DNA of 62,970 nucleotides, the filler included, from Hausera hauseri (lineage: Eukaryota), in the NCBI GenBank assembly GCA_046269625.1. It is 12 parts of 12 records of this genome, joined end to end, with 100 filler letters (N's around TTAATTAATTAA, not from the genome) between each part and the next. Parts side by side here need not be neighbours in the genome. Positions count along the whole stretch, not along the records: positions 48,801 to 52,765 come from JBJURY010853077.1; positions 52,866 to 58,826 come from JBJURY010162199.1; positions 58,927 to 62,970 come from JBJURY010797868.1; 9 more parts are not named here. One strand, written 5' to 3'. Position numbers and translations under genes: made by a program. Under the pieces are notes generated by a model. That model searched no databases, was not told the DNA's origin, and was given only the letters and a program-made list of their open reading frames with translations. Within the stretch, counting starts at the first letter, position 1; each line of letters begins with the position of its first letter. Of this stretch, positions 50,147 to 62,970 are shown one piece after another.

Positions 50147-51683
50147 TCGTGGAAGTGATTTTGGAAATAATGAAACATGTAGCCATGTCAATTCATGCTG
50201 CCTCGTTTAAGTATTATTTAAATTTTGAATTTTCCAACATTCCAGAACACTTTGTTTTAATGCATCAAATAAATTAAATGCACTTGAGCGCCAAATAGGT
50301 TTTCGTACATGAGCAATCGAATACAATGATCGGATTGTTCCAATAAATCATGCTTGACCAAACATTATCGAATTTGTCAATGTTTTATTCATTTCTAGAC
50401 TGTTCCAAACACTTCACAAGCTCTATTTTTGGTCTACAAAGGTTTTTGAACATGGGGAATGCCATGGTACTATTCTAATATTCGAATTCGATCGAAAATT
50501 CGGCTTTTTTATTTAAGCCTCTTTTCGAATATCTGACATCATATTCGGATACAGGGCATGTTAGTTTCTATGTCCGTACGCTTTTACATTTTTCGATTTC
50601 CACTTGCTTGTGTGCTGAAATCAACTTTATATGTTTTATCGGAAAACCGTTATTATTGATTAAAGCATACTTACACGTACGCAACAGATCTGCAAAGTGC
50701 TATGTAGGTGCACTAAGACATGGGTAATCCACTGGCGCTCTCAGATTTCTCGAAAAAATTATGGGCGTCGAGATAATCGATACTATTCAGTGAAAATTGA
50801 CATTAATTCGAGTTGTGCACCAAATTTCGGAAATGAATTGTAACAAAAGACGGTGGGTTTCGGCGACATTAAAATTTTGGCCAAAGCTTCTTCAGAATTT
50901 TGGTTTCTTAGCTTCTGTAATGGCTTCATATTACTTCTTGAATTTAAGACTTGATTCATTTTGTGAAATCCGCATTAATTCTGTATTAAATACTACATCT
51001 CCAACAGTTTCATTTGTTGTGACATCTGATTTGCTGTGTCCAAATTGACTATTAGGAAGTTCTGAACACATGTCAGTATTATCTGGCTTTTTATCCTTAC
51101 GATTAGGATAATGACGTAAATCGAAGCAAATGTGGACCGGCAGACCGCCCAATTCACGGGAAACGGCAAGCACGGACCGGGCGGCAAACGCAACGGTGTA
51201 AAAGCGCCAAAACTAAACGTGGAATTGTGGTGGCGCCCGAGACTATGGCACCACGGGAACATTTCTAACTGTCACTATGGGTTTGCTATAACAAATAGTC
51301 AGAAATGTGCAAAATATGATGGTGATTAATAATATGAAAAACTTTTTGACAACGAAGCCAAAATAGCGCAATTGGAGCTTTTAAATGTGACACCTTACAG
51401 CACTTGTTCAAGTTTATCTTCCATTACGGTTAGGAATTTTGAACTTTACAGAAATACAAACGATAAAAAAATATATAAATCTAAAAAAATATCAAAAGTA
51501 GTGTGGTTCGGACTTAAAGGATTTTAAAAGAAATTGTTCAGCAAAATTAGATTCATGCTATAAACCTGTCTATGAAAAACCGCACTTTAAAAACAGAGCG
51601 CATCATCAAAAACAGTGCACATCTGCAAAAACTCATCCAAGCCAGTCAGGACCAACAACAGATACAGAACCACAGAACTTCCA

Positions 51684-52634
51684 TTAGGACAGAAAGACAA
51701 CTAAACTGAAAAACAGTTCCAGGCTGTCCTCCTCCTTGTGCAAAGGATACTGATCAATTTCTCCAGTCAAGTTAGCAGTCATTAAGAAGTCAGGATATGG
51801 TTTGTCTTTAAGATTTCTTTCAACATCCTCTTTTGGTTCCTGCTCTTGAAAACTACCACCATTATTCCCATTAAGTACAGTCTCACCCCCTGTACTGGTC
51901 ATCATACAAGAGGTAGAAGACTGACCATGTCCTGCATATGTTTTCAGAGAAAATGCATTGGCTTCTGACACATTAGGACAAAGGTTAACAGACTGAAAAT
52001 TACAATTTCCAGTGTCATTAATGAAGTATTCGGCTGAGCTATCTTTTGAACCTATCTCAGCTCTTTGCTTTGGAAATGTGTCACTTCCAATAAATTTACA
52101 AGAAGGTCTTTCTTCACTATCGTCAATATCTGAGCAGCTACTTACAGATGAGTAGTCCTCGAGACAGGATGCGGATGACATTTCACAATTTTGCTTAAGT
52201 CCTTGTAAATCCGGTGTAAAAGAGGATTGAAAAGAGTCTGATGTTGGTAATTCATCTGTGGCAAAATTGGAGAAATTATTTCCACATCTTTGCATGTAAT
52301 CCTTCTCTAGTTGTTCTCCATCAGGTTGCCATTGCGTTTGGCAGAATCTTTCATAAACACAGTCTGATCTTGAATCTTCGGTACGAGGATTTGTGTAGTA
52401 GTTGGTGTTGAAGTTTGTGTGTGATACAGGAGCTTCTTGTGAAGCTGATGTACCTGAGAAACCATGATGTCCAATAAAGTTCTCTGTATGTTGGGACAGA
52501 GTTCCATCCGACTCCGGTGTTCTCCGTAGAGTCCCAGGATCTGATGACAGTGGTGGAAGGCTATGAAAGAATGGATTCCACCTATGAGCCATTCTATACC
52601 AGGACTGGAAATCGATGCTTGTTGCATCCAATCC
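51684..52634 (-). CDS. Large Ser/acidic low-complexity host exon, product unknown
   Basis: 315-codon open frame preceded by a gacttttag acceptor-like sequence; no recognisable domain. Confidence 0.55.
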   Translation of the reverse strand, partial: GLDATSIDFQSWYRMAHRWNPFFHSLPPLSSDPGTLRRTPESDGTLSQHTENFIGHHGFSGTSASQEAPVSHTNFNTNYYTNPRTEDSRSDCVYERFCQTQWQPDGEQLEKDYMQRCGNNFSNFATDELPTSDSFQSSFTPDLQGLKQNCEMSSASCLEDYSSVSSCSDIDDSEERPSCKFIGSDTFPKQRAEIGSKDSSAEYFINDTGNCNFQSVNLCPNVSEANAFSLKTYAGHGQSSTSCMMTSTGGETVLNGNNGGSFQEQEPKEDVERNLKDKPYPDFLMTANLTGEIDQYPLHKEEDSLELFFSLVVFLS

Positions 52635-52951
52635 TAAAAGTCCACAGAAAAATCGTATTACTAGAATGAAAAGGCAACTAATATTTTCCCAAAAGACAAG
52701 GAAATACCCACCTGGTATTGGACATACAAGCCCTAGTCAGAATTATCCAAGCTACATCTCCCAGGNNNNNNNNNNNNNNNNNNNNNNNNNNNNNNNNNNN
52801 NNNNNNNNNTTAATTAATTAANNNNNNNNNNNNNNNNNNNNNNNNNNNNNNNNNNNNNNNNNNNNTAATAATGTAGGGCCTAAATAAGCTTTGGAAAATA
52901 CACACTCCGCCACTGATATATTTATATGTAGCATTTAAGTGGCTTGTAATC

Positions 52952-53130
52952 GCAATAGCTTAGTGGTTAGTGCGCTCGCTTTCGATTGTGTGATCGGGGG
53001 TTCACTTCCAGCTGTAGAGGGTTGAATTGTTCCTATCAAACGGCTCCAGGGGTTCACGCAGCCTCAAAAATGGGTACAGAAGAAATTATCTGGGAAAGGT
53101 AAAAGCCGTTTCACGTTGTGCTGGCAACAA
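52952..53130 (+). mobile_element. tRNA-derived SINE
   Basis: A box tagcttagtggttag, degenerate B box ggttcacttcc, and a conserved-core-like ggttcacgcagcctcaaaaatgggtac. Confidence 0.6.
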
Positions 53131-54400
53131 ATCCTAATCATGCGTCGGGTACAGATAAAATGTGCGCAGTAAGTGCACATTCTATTGTAAGCCTTTAGGC
53201 GCGAATAACCCGGTATCTGTACTTTATATAAGATATATTACCTGGTCTTGTGTTTCTAAATCATCGAGTTGTGAAGGAAATCTCAAGAAGCAGATTCAGA
53301 ATTCACAGATTGTATACACCTTTGATGAGCTGAGCAAGGGTTGGTACCAAAGACATATGTTAGTTGTGGCCTCGACGCCACCATTTGACAGTGCTCCACG
53401 GGCTTTATCTGTGACAGGTTCCGTTAGTTCACAAACAGCTAGTCCATCACCTGGGACAGTATATTTTGCATACGCACCGTAACAGCTAAACCCGTGTTCC
53501 ATATGCACTAAACACACTAGTTGTGTGTCTTGAATTTCCCTCTTGTATGTGTTTAAGTCGGAAGTACTTGAAAGTGTATTGTATTATTTAATTAAGATAC
53601 ACAATGGACATAAATATACAAAATATTGATTGGTGTTTTGAATTTTTGTAATTTACTTTAATTTGTATTATGCAGCTATAATAAAAAGAGTTACGACAAA
53701 TTATAATATGTTAAATATCGAAAATATTCTGCCCATATTTAATACTGTTTCTAATGCTCGTCTCATTTGTCTTGTTTCTTTAGAGAAGTGGTTAGAAGGC
53801 AAATATATTAACTAAGAAATAGAAGTCATTTGTTTCAACTAATCCAAAATGTTTTAGTGCTCACTAAAAAATAAATGTTACGAACAAGGTACGATTAAAT
53901 ACAGAAGTACAATTAGCAAGTAGGTTGAATAAAAGTTTTGATTTTTTTTGTTCTGTATTTTAGAATGTTAAAAATTTGTATTATTAAATTAGCATTTTCA
54001 ATATTGGTATATTCATTATCCAATAAATAAACGAACTGACGTCATGAAACCATAATTTACAGAATTTAAGATTCATCAATTTTATCCCCTTCAATCTTGC
54101 TCCATCGAAACATCCTGGAAGTTTTCAGAAGTATTGCTCTTCGGCTGCCTTATCGGTTCACATTTTGTTACATCCACGCTCCTCTGCATGACGATTTTTT
54201 ATTTTAGTGATATAATGTGGAAAATGGGGAGAAGCTGCTATCTATCACATCACACATATTTCGACTCGCATGATGTGCACGACCCCTCAAGCGCTTGAAG
54301 AAAACTTTAACACTCAGAGGGCTGTCAATGAAACGTTTAATCCATTTGAAAAAAAACTACTGTTTTCTTTAGTGTGCTATCTCCCATAAACAGTCCACAA

Positions 54401-54472
54401 CATGGGCGTTGCCAATGAGGGGCAAGGGGGAGCACTTGCCCTCTCCTGTAAAATTTTCTGCCGGCGCCCATT
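54401..54472. mobile_element. 72-bp mini-MITE with 8-bp TSD
   Basis: catgggcg...cgcccatt flanked by gtccacaa / gtacacaa. Confidence 0.55.
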
Positions 54473-57400
54473 GTACACAACATTTCCTGATGTTGTTCCG
54501 CGGTCTCATAATCGACAACATCAAAAAATGGCGCCACAAAAGAATGTCAACCTTTAACTATTACCTTATATCGACAGTATCCCTCCAAGTACCCCAAACA
54601 TCATCACATGGCAACCCAAGTATCTCAATACGAATTTTGAGTATTATTATATAGTCTAATTAATTCGTCACTTCTATTCTTCTAATCGTTTTATCTTCCA
54701 GTGAATCTCAGTTCTGAGAAAAGTCTCCAAATCATTCCCACAGATGTCCAAGTTGCAATCCGAGAGTAAACAATTGTCTAACATTCATAACATCCTCACT
54801 TGATTGTTTAGAAAAGTTCCCTTGCCAAAACTTCAGCTTGAAGACAATAGCTCAAATGAAGATTTCAATGAAATATGTGATATGCTTGAAGATTTAACCG
54901 AATTACTGGATAAAGAAGTATCGTGATGATTCACGACCTGACATAACTTTATCTGTGATAGACTTTTTGCAGATGGATTATTAATTATAAATTTTACGAT
55001 CTTTTTAATACATTTTATTGCAATTCGATCAGTCATTTCCAAGACTAAATTCGGCTTCTGTTTGAAATACTTCATGAATGTTCGACAAGTTACTAAATTT
55101 CAATAAAGTTGTCATTTTTAAATAAATAATTCTGAAAATATTCAGATTAACTTTAATTATCAGTGTTGAGATATATGGAGTATATGGAATGACCTATTCG
55201 CCACTATGAAACAATGCAATCATGCCTGGCGGTACTTTGGTGAAGCTGCCAAATGACGTGATGAGAAAATTATTTCATAAATTGGAGAGGGAGGAGGAAA
55301 GTTAAAGGAATGGAAGAGGTCGAATGGGAGGTGCACTAATACCTAACACACCCGAGACTTCACTAAGGCTTACAATACCAATGTCCGGTAAGGGCCTTTC
55401 AAAATAGAATTACTGCAAAAACTATATCTGATTCAGTTGTCTTTTTTGTACGTTAAAAGTGTACCCGACTTTACTTGTTAAGCAGTAGTTGAAGCGTGAT
55501 ATCCGAAGAAAATTTGAAGACAATCAGTCAACTTTCATATGGCAAGAAATATTTCGATTTAAGTCATTACAGAATGTGCTTGTGAAATAATTTCAAGCAG
55601 AATTCTAATTAATTTTAATTAACCAGAAATGAAACGCAATTTCCATTTCTCACGGCATATACAATACACACACGCGCGCACAATAGAAATGCCTTTTGAG
55701 TATATATATATATATCTGATTTTCTTAGGGCAAAAAAACTTAATTCAATTTTCATCAAAACTCTCATTTTTCTCCATTAAATAAATTGCTTAAAACACTT
55801 TCCGCTCTATCGTAGATGGAAGCATTGCCGTTATGGAATATTTGATGGCATTTAAGAAATTTCTGTGTTAATTTTATCGGTTTTACTCATTGATTAATTT
55901 AAGTAACAAATATTGTTAAATAAATTAATTAAGATTTAATTTTGTAGTTTCTCCTAATCATTATTAGAATTTTGTATTTTTAGATTTATCTATAATTGAT
56001 TGACTTTTTTAAATTAATGGGTTTTCTGATAATTTTCTGATTTTGTTTCTTTTACTATACAAAATAAAAAATTACTTGATTTTGTTCACAAAATTTAACG
56101 GAAATGAAAAATTATTATATATTAATTTAGCTTAACTTTCTATATAGTCAACACTTATATAGCAAATTTCCAAAATTTTGTTTTTTGTAATTAGCCATCG
56201 TATTCTTTGATCTATAAAAATAATCGACTATATTTAATAGCATATTTAAATAATATTGAAATGCGTCATTTAAACAACAGGTGAAAGTAAAAAGATACTC
56301 TAATACTGTTAGAATAAACTACAGACATCCAATCATGCTTCAGATCCTCTCACAAGGATGCCATGGCAACGAAATGCTGCACAGAACTGAGGTTACGGTT
56401 CCCGTACTGCAGAATTGCATTGAATGAGGAAATAAAGACGACTTGAAGTCAATTATTACAAAGGTTTTGCAACTTGGTTTACATTTATATTAACATCAGA
56501 TAAGACTGAGTTAAATGATCATTGGGTTAAACTGTGTTTGCGTGATGTAGAATCAGGTATTACATCTGGAAAGTGACAAATAATAACATGTTAGTGTATT
56601 CAATCATCACAGAAAAGGAAGTACCAACGGCGCTTAAGTAAAGAACATAAACCCAAACAAAACAAAAGAAAGAAAATAATCTATATAGTTTTAAAATGGT
56701 AGATGAAATTTATATATTATTGATAATTGATAAATGGACGTTTATGAAGGGATGCCATTAAAAATATGCCAAAGAAATATAATCATAACAGAAAAGGCCC
56801 TTCAAGAATAAAAGTGTTTTTTTGGCATTTTTGTTTAATATTTTACCAAATCGAATTAAACCGTCCATGAATTTTACAAAATATCGTGGACAAATTATTC
56901 TAATTATTATCGACATTACCGCAGCAGAGTTGAGATTTACGTGGTACACCCAATAAGTAGTGAGCCTTACCCATATACAGCACAATTTAAAAAATAGAAT
57001 GATGGAATTTGGAATAAAAATAATGGTGAATTTCAAACCAGCTATATTTCTTTAACCTACATACAGTATAGATTCAAATTTTCATTAGATTCGATCGAGT
57101 ATTTCTGTATTAGACTCATGACTTATTGGGCAAACTATGTATTTCAACTTTTGTTCCTGAATAAATAAATAATCGTCTGTTTATTTGTCTTTTATATTTT
57201 ATTTACTATATAGAAATTTCAGTTAAGCTAAAATTTTCCATGAGCTTTGTGAGATAATTATTGTGTTTAATAAATTTTCAATAGTGATGTCCATGATGAA
57301 TTAGTTTGGAGGTTTTAAAGGAGGGTGTTTGACAGGGAAGTATATTCGGTTATCTCTTTTGAGGTCTATTTCAGAATATTGTCGTCAATCTTCTTAGTTT

Positions 57401-57849
57401 TTTTACTCTGCTTTACAAATCGGGCATTTACAAACTGCACAACTCCAATAGAACATCCGATGATAGTGTGAATCTAATCAGAGATGGTGTTATTCGACCA
57501 TATTCGGTCATTCAAATTTCATCCATCATTGACCCGAACGATACCGAAATCAAACAACGAAACGATATTTATTCAATCTCGGGAATGGAATGGTCTGTCG
57601 ATCGAGATATAATGAAAAATCGCCAAACGGAAATGGGTATTCGGTCCATTACGATACCATATTCAATTCGGAATTCAGTGTTGTTATTCATGAAGTGATT
57701 CGTGCTTATTCGTTATAATATGTTCCAATTTGATAGGGCCAGAAAACTTCTCCAAGTGAAACTTTATGAATTTGCACAGAAATTAGAGAAGGAATCGTCC
57801 GGTCAAATGAAAGCCTATGACATTGCATCATCGATCAATTCGTTGATTG

Positions 57850-58086
57850 ATCAATATTTGCTGGAAGTTGACATCATCCAACAAAGAGGCTGAATGCCAT
57901 GATGTACTGGAGATAGTGGATAAATTAATTACCGACAGTGGAATTGATGTCAAATACGTAATGCTCTCTCGATTTATTGTTGATTGTTTTTCATTTCAGA
58001 TGCACGTACGCGGGCATTGCGGCAATGAGAACAATGAGGCTGCCGATCGATTGGCCAATGCCGGTGCCGATCAGTGGCTGTCGTGA
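57850..58086 (+). CDS. RNase H (type 1) C-terminal portion with a 42-nt intron (57958-57999)
   Basis: WKLTSSNKEAECHDVLEIVDKL..VKY|gtaatg..ttcag|MHVRGHCGNENNEAADRLANAGA. The N-terminal catalytic part was not recognised. Confidence 0.75.
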   Translation: MNICWKLTSSNKEAECHDVLEIVDKLITDSGIDVKYVMLSRFIVDCFSFQMHVRGHCGNENNEAADRLANAGADQWLS

Positions 58087-58926
58087 TGTTTTTCTGATGC
58101 ATTTTGTATTGAAATGATAAATTTACCTCTTTGTGTGTGTGTGTGTGATTGCGTAATTTTTATCGGCACTTGTGCAATATCCTTCGTTGTGAGAATGTCT
58201 AGAATACCGTTTTGATTTTCTTAAAATAATGCACCTTTAGCCGGGTGGACAATGAATAAGTGCCGATAAGTAGATCTTTTTATAAAATACAGTGTGCCAC
58301 CAAAGAGGATGCGTTATTTGCGTAAATTCGCATTCATTGTGAAGTAGTCGTACGTAAAATCTTAAATCGCCGTTCATACACGAAAGATTGGTCCAAGGGC
58401 AAAACGGTTGCAAGAGAGAAAGAGTTCCTTTCTATGGATGAACAATCAAACTTTTCATTTTAATTATACAAAGTTTGAGAAAGCATCTCAACATGGACAA
58501 GATGTATTATGTTCTGAATGGAACTCCACATTTCTAGTCAGTGACGTAAAGAATCTGCAGAAAGCACAACAATTAGCTGATGGAAACAGAAACCGCAATA
58601 CTTCAGTTCCATGCAAATGCCAAGTTCGCAATTGAAAGGTCACCAAGATTATTTACAATCAGTATAGACGATATGTCTGCAGCAATCAGAAAAAAGCTGA
58701 GCTGTGAAGTTCCAAGATTGAGTATAAAGACATTCATTTTTGCCATTTCATTACCAATTATAGCATAGTAACTCGAATTTATGTGACAATCTACGCATTC
58801 AGAAATATAAACTCTTGAAATTTAAANNNNNNNNNNNNNNNNNNNNNNNNNNNNNNNNNNNNNNNNNNNNTTAATTAATTAANNNNNNNNNNNNNNNNNN
58901 NNNNNNNNNNNNNNNNNNNNNNNNNN

Positions 58927-59366
58927 ATGGTCATATTTCGATTACACTCCATGACAATGTTACATATTTTGCCTTTGATGAATTATTGGCTCGGAATCTG
59001 GGTATTTCACAACGTGAATTCTATCAAAACATTGTTGGACGATCTACTGTTGTCAAATACAAACCACAACTCTATGCAGCATTTCACCAAATCAACATTT
59101 TAATCGACTTAACCGAATCCTTACTCGTTGGTGGAAAACGTAAACAAATGCTGGCTTCTATTGAACTGGATTCTGATACGTACAAATCATCATCGGGTGA
59201 AACTGTTCACGTTGTCATGTTCAGACCCATGTATTTATCATTGTCTCACAATATTGTGCACATTATTTCCGTGTATATGTTTGATGAATTTTTGGAACCC
59301 ATTAAATTTTTGTTCGGGTCAACGACACATTTGACGTTACATTTAATACGTGGTCAACGTCAATAA
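58927..59366 (+). pseudogene. Penton-like minor capsid copy A, C-terminal half
   Basis: INILIDLTESLLVGGKRKQMLASI..RPMYLSL..ISVYMFDEFLEPIKFLFGSTTHLTLHL; homolog of 14064-14470. Confidence 0.85.
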
Positions 59367-59417
59367 TAAACAAACTGTGTCACCATCATCATTATCACCA
59401 TTATCAGCATCGAGATC

Positions 59418-60515
59418 ATGAGTATATACATGATGTTGCCGAGCAACAGTTGTCCGACGACTCGTCCGAAAAATTCAACCAGTGAATACTTTGTAGATTG
59501 AAACAATCCTTTGGATTTATCTGCTGGACAATGGGAGGTTGCACGGACGGAATTTAACTTTCCCTACGCACCGGTGACATTGAAAGGTAGTATAAAAATA
59601 ATGAATAACAAGACTGTTACTAAAACCAAAACACATTCTTGTCCTCTGACACTTACTAACAATAAAATAACTATTGGAGGATCGGCCATTTGCACGACCG
59701 AAACAGTTTTCGGTTCACACTGCAAAATTGGTGGTAATATTTTATGGGAAAATTTAGTTTTTGTGGAAAATTTTGAATTTACTGTTACCTTTGAGTCTTC
59801 TGAGATGAGGCAGAAATTTGAATTCATAAATATATAGTACAAAGGCAATCATATTAGAAGTGAAATTATAGTTGCTCCAAGATTAAGCCCCGTATATTAC
59901 CAGACAACGGTGAAATTTACCTATACAACAGGAGGGGTGTAAACGTCATACATATCAATTGGAGAAAATGTCTATTGTGAATCTGTAGCACAGCTTTGTC
60001 AACACTTTTCTTCTTCAAATCAAAAGTACAAGGCGATATTTAAAGTTTTCGAGTTAGATGCAAATGAGTACATTAAATTTGAACTGGCTAAGGATATTGT
60101 TGACATTTCATTGGACAAAGCTTTGGCTATTTTATTGGGTTTTGAAAAACAGCAATTTGAGGCATCGAAGACGGCGGTGGCGACGATGGCACATGTTATA
60201 ACACTCAAACCCAAATTGAAAACGGGACTAAGTCAAATGTACATTTACGTGAATGTTACCGAACCAATTTTGGTCAGTGGAGTACATGTACCGCTACTCC
60301 ATGCAATTTATCGGCAAAACAGCAAGTATACTGCTAACGACAATGTCACTGTCAACATCGATAATCCAATGTACCTAACTGTGGCATCTACATCTATAAA
60401 TAATGTTGAAGTGAATATCCGATGTGACGCGGGCAACCTTATTGAATTTCTGTACGGTTCCAAAACCAGTCTAACTCTTCATTTCCGTCGAATCCAACAA
60501 CAACAATCTGATTGA
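59418..60515 (+). pseudogene. Penton-like minor capsid copy B
   Basis: MSIYMMLPSNSCP..PLDLSAGQWEVARTEF...MYIYVNVTEPILVSGVHVPLLHAI..NPMYLTV..VEVNIRCDAG..TSLTLHFRR. Confidence 0.9.
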
Positions 60516-60881
60516 TTCCAAAATCGTTTCCATTTACAGTAAACCGCAGCAGGGCGGGGAACTTCCGTATTTCGTCGGTAAACAGTACGGCTCTGGATGG
60601 TTGCGTACATCGGCACGTTTAGCATTTCTGTGTTGACGCGTATCGGTGCCGTGGCAGCAAAAACAACACAGGACGTACTATATGAAAACAAATCGATTTT
60701 ACCATCACTGAAGGAACACGCCTTGTGGGAAATAAAAAGCGCCGCACCGGGAGTGGTTGAATCAGTAAAAACATAATTCGCTGGCAGTGGCTTGATGATT
60801 ATGAGAAAGCGAAAACATGCAGCATCATTGAGCTCATCAACTATAAACAAACTTCATTGCCGTCGTGCGATTTTCGATTGA
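60508..60881 (+). pseudogene. Small basic core/membrane-active virion protein
   Basis: KPQQGGELPYFVGKQYGSGWLRTSARLAF; homolog of 12636-12991. Confidence 0.75.
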
Positions 60882-60882
60882 T

Positions 60883-62117
60883 ATGGCATCTGCAAAATCT
60901 GAATTGTGTATATTTGACAAAGGCGCGATACAAGTTGTAACTGACTATGCAGCATATGAAGAAATCTACATGGTTGATTCGCTTTCAATGGACGATAACA
61001 TTGACATTCAATTTAACATTATGGCATTGGATAATAAATACCTGGATTTGAACGATACGCTATTCTATGTAAAAGTCATTGTTAAAAAGGACGCGCCAAC
61101 GGTTCTCGCTGCAACAGACACTCTCACACTGGCCAATTACTTTTTTTGCATGCTGTTCCAGGAGGCTTCACTGACTCTGAACAGCGTCAAAATCAAAGGC
61201 AATACCAGTCTATACAGTATCAACACACTTATTGAAACGGCTCTGAATTAACGTGCAGATACGAAAAGGACTCATTTGGCGAAGACCATCGGATACGATG
61301 GCACAGCGACAAACTGTCAGGCATGGGTTATAGAATCAAAACCTCTTACAATGTGTGGATTTCTGTATTTTGACTTTTTCGATCAGCCGAAATACATACT
61401 GCCCGGTGTTAAAGCCATGATTCGGCTCAAATGCAGAACAATGTTTTTTGTTTGAAAACCGCCGTTGCAAATCACAAACCCATATTGAAAATTACCAAGG
61501 CACGATTATCCCTACGTCATGTAAAGGTAGAACCATCTATGCTCATGAGACATCGATTGGGCTTGGAAACGCAAAATGCCTGTTACCCGGTACAGCGCAC
61601 AGAACTCGTCTTTTACATTATAGCGAAAGGCTCAGCTACATTTTAGAAAGATGCACTGTTTGGCGACATGCGATTGCCGAAATTTGTGCTCGATACATTT
61701 CCAACTACTGTTCAACAAACGGGCAGTTATACTACCGATTCGGAAATGTTTACCCATAGCAATGTGAATTACATCAGTTTGGGCCGGAATGCGGATTTTG
61801 TTGAGACATACAAACAAGACTTTGAGTATAATTATTATGTTTGCACATATATGCAATCTATTGTGCACAAGATGGGTATGCTCAACAAAAACATCAACAA
61901 TGACATATCGATGGATTTGTTCAAGTCCACCTATCCATTCTTTACTTTTGTCCTGGCTCCGGATTGATACATTTAGCAGACTCAACTACCTTAGCAGGGA
62001 AATATACGACTGGAGGTTCACTTTGCTAAAGCGTTGGAGCAATCTACCGTGATGTACATTTACGGTGTATTTGATGCTGAGTTTGAAATAACGAAAAACG
62101 GAATGGTCACTGTATAA
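60883..62117 (+). pseudogene. Major capsid protein (Maverick PY/hexon-like)
   Basis: MASAKSELCIFDKG..YLDLNDTLFYVKV..FDFFDQPKYILPGV..GNIRLEVHFAKALE..IYGVFDAEFEITKNG. Confidence 0.92.
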
Positions 62118-62189
62118 ATAAAATCCACTGTGTCTCACATCTTCGTATTATAAAGTAATTTATTACTACTACTATTACCATTATACTTA

Positions 62190-62568
62190 ATTCACATTTA
62201 GTTCCACCGAGGTCAATCAGTAAGGAAAACTGCTCTTGGGTGCAAAATTTCGTGGCATGTTTCTACTGGATGGTGTGCCGCGTGATTTATAATAAACTGG
62301 CGGCGGCGGCGGCGACTTTATTGTCAATACACAAACTTCATCGTTGCCGGGCGAATATTGGATTGCTGTGTAGGTCCACCATCCGACCAACGTCGTCAGA
62401 GTATTCGATCCGCTCGGATTTTACTACCCGTCATCGTTAGTTTCACAAACTGAACGACAATCATCATCATATTGTGTTGAATACAATCGATTTCATTATC
62501 AACGTCCACTGACGGTATTGTGCGGATATTATTGCTTTCTGTGGCTAACGTTACAGAGACTTGAATGA
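62190..62568 (+). pseudogene. Adenain-like cysteine protease
   Basis: FRGMFLLD..FIVNTQTSSLPGEYWIAV..RVFDPLG..YQRPLTVLCGYYC. Catalytic D, Q and C are visible here; catalytic H is visible in the other copy. Confidence 0.88.
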
Positions 62569-62894
62569 ACAATGATTGTACTTTGTGTTCATTTTGAGAC
62601 ATGCAGTATTTTGTTACACATGTGTTATTATTGCCATCACGTCGATGTCCCTTTGCTACACACATGCATACACACGTCGAAACTCATTATTTAATTTTGA
62701 TAGCATGCAAGCATGCATGCAGGCACATTTTCAGTCTAATGCTCAAATTTCGTGTAAAGCACACTTGTTTTACGTCACGCGTCACTATTGCACGTGTCAA
62801 CTCGTCGTACCTGTGCTCACGATCATGATGAAGTAGATTTTGAAAAATTTGCGACTTTCGAAATTTTTACGACGAATAGCATTTTGTGATTTTC

Positions 62895-62970
62895 ATGATG
62901 ATGATGACGATGATGATGATGATGATAATAATGATGATGATGATGATGATGATTATGATGATGATAATGA
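62895..62970. repeat. (GAT)n microsatellite
   Basis: About 25 imperfect GAT units at the window end. Confidence 0.95.

Noticed and set aside
58380-58780. Possible MULE/FLYWCH-type transposase fragment
   Set aside because: Only a vague resemblance; no diagnostic motif.
1-62970. Alternative genetic code or programmed stop readthrough to explain the many in-frame stops
   Set aside because: All three stop types plus frameshifts occur, at different positions in homologous copies. This fits neutral decay.

Overview
This window is not contiguous. It is 12 contigs (1-3964, 4065-9844, 9945-15443, 15544-20397, 20498-25532, 25633-30521, 30622-34641, 34742-39361, 39462-48700, 48801-52765, 52866-58826, 58927-62970) joined by artificial 100-nt N/TTAATTAATTAA/N linkers. 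The DNA is AT-rich animal (invertebrate-like) genomic sequence, with short spliceosomal introns, a GPCR, CDK9/TNPO1 remnants, SINEs, LINEs, Ty3/gypsy, Tc1/mariner and Chapaev remnants. Seven contigs carry decayed endogenous Maverick/Polinton (adintovirus-like) sequence. There are five protein-primed PolB pseudogene pieces and two copies of a virion module: two tandem penton-like genes, a basic core protein, major capsid protein and adenain-like protease, preceded by a chromo-integrase in one copy. Cargo includes an IAP-type RING gene and a Maelstrom/DEDD-like gene. The most unusual signals are: (i) a pPolB fragment joined to a CRESS-virus-Rep-like SF3 helicase, facing a convergent ORF with a degenerate 2A/StopGo motif; (ii) a tandem Cys/His repeat domain upstream of PolB, shared by two divergent elements and preceded in both by a splice acceptor at the same position; (iii) duplicated penton genes. 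All calls come from manual translation and motif recognition; no database search was run.
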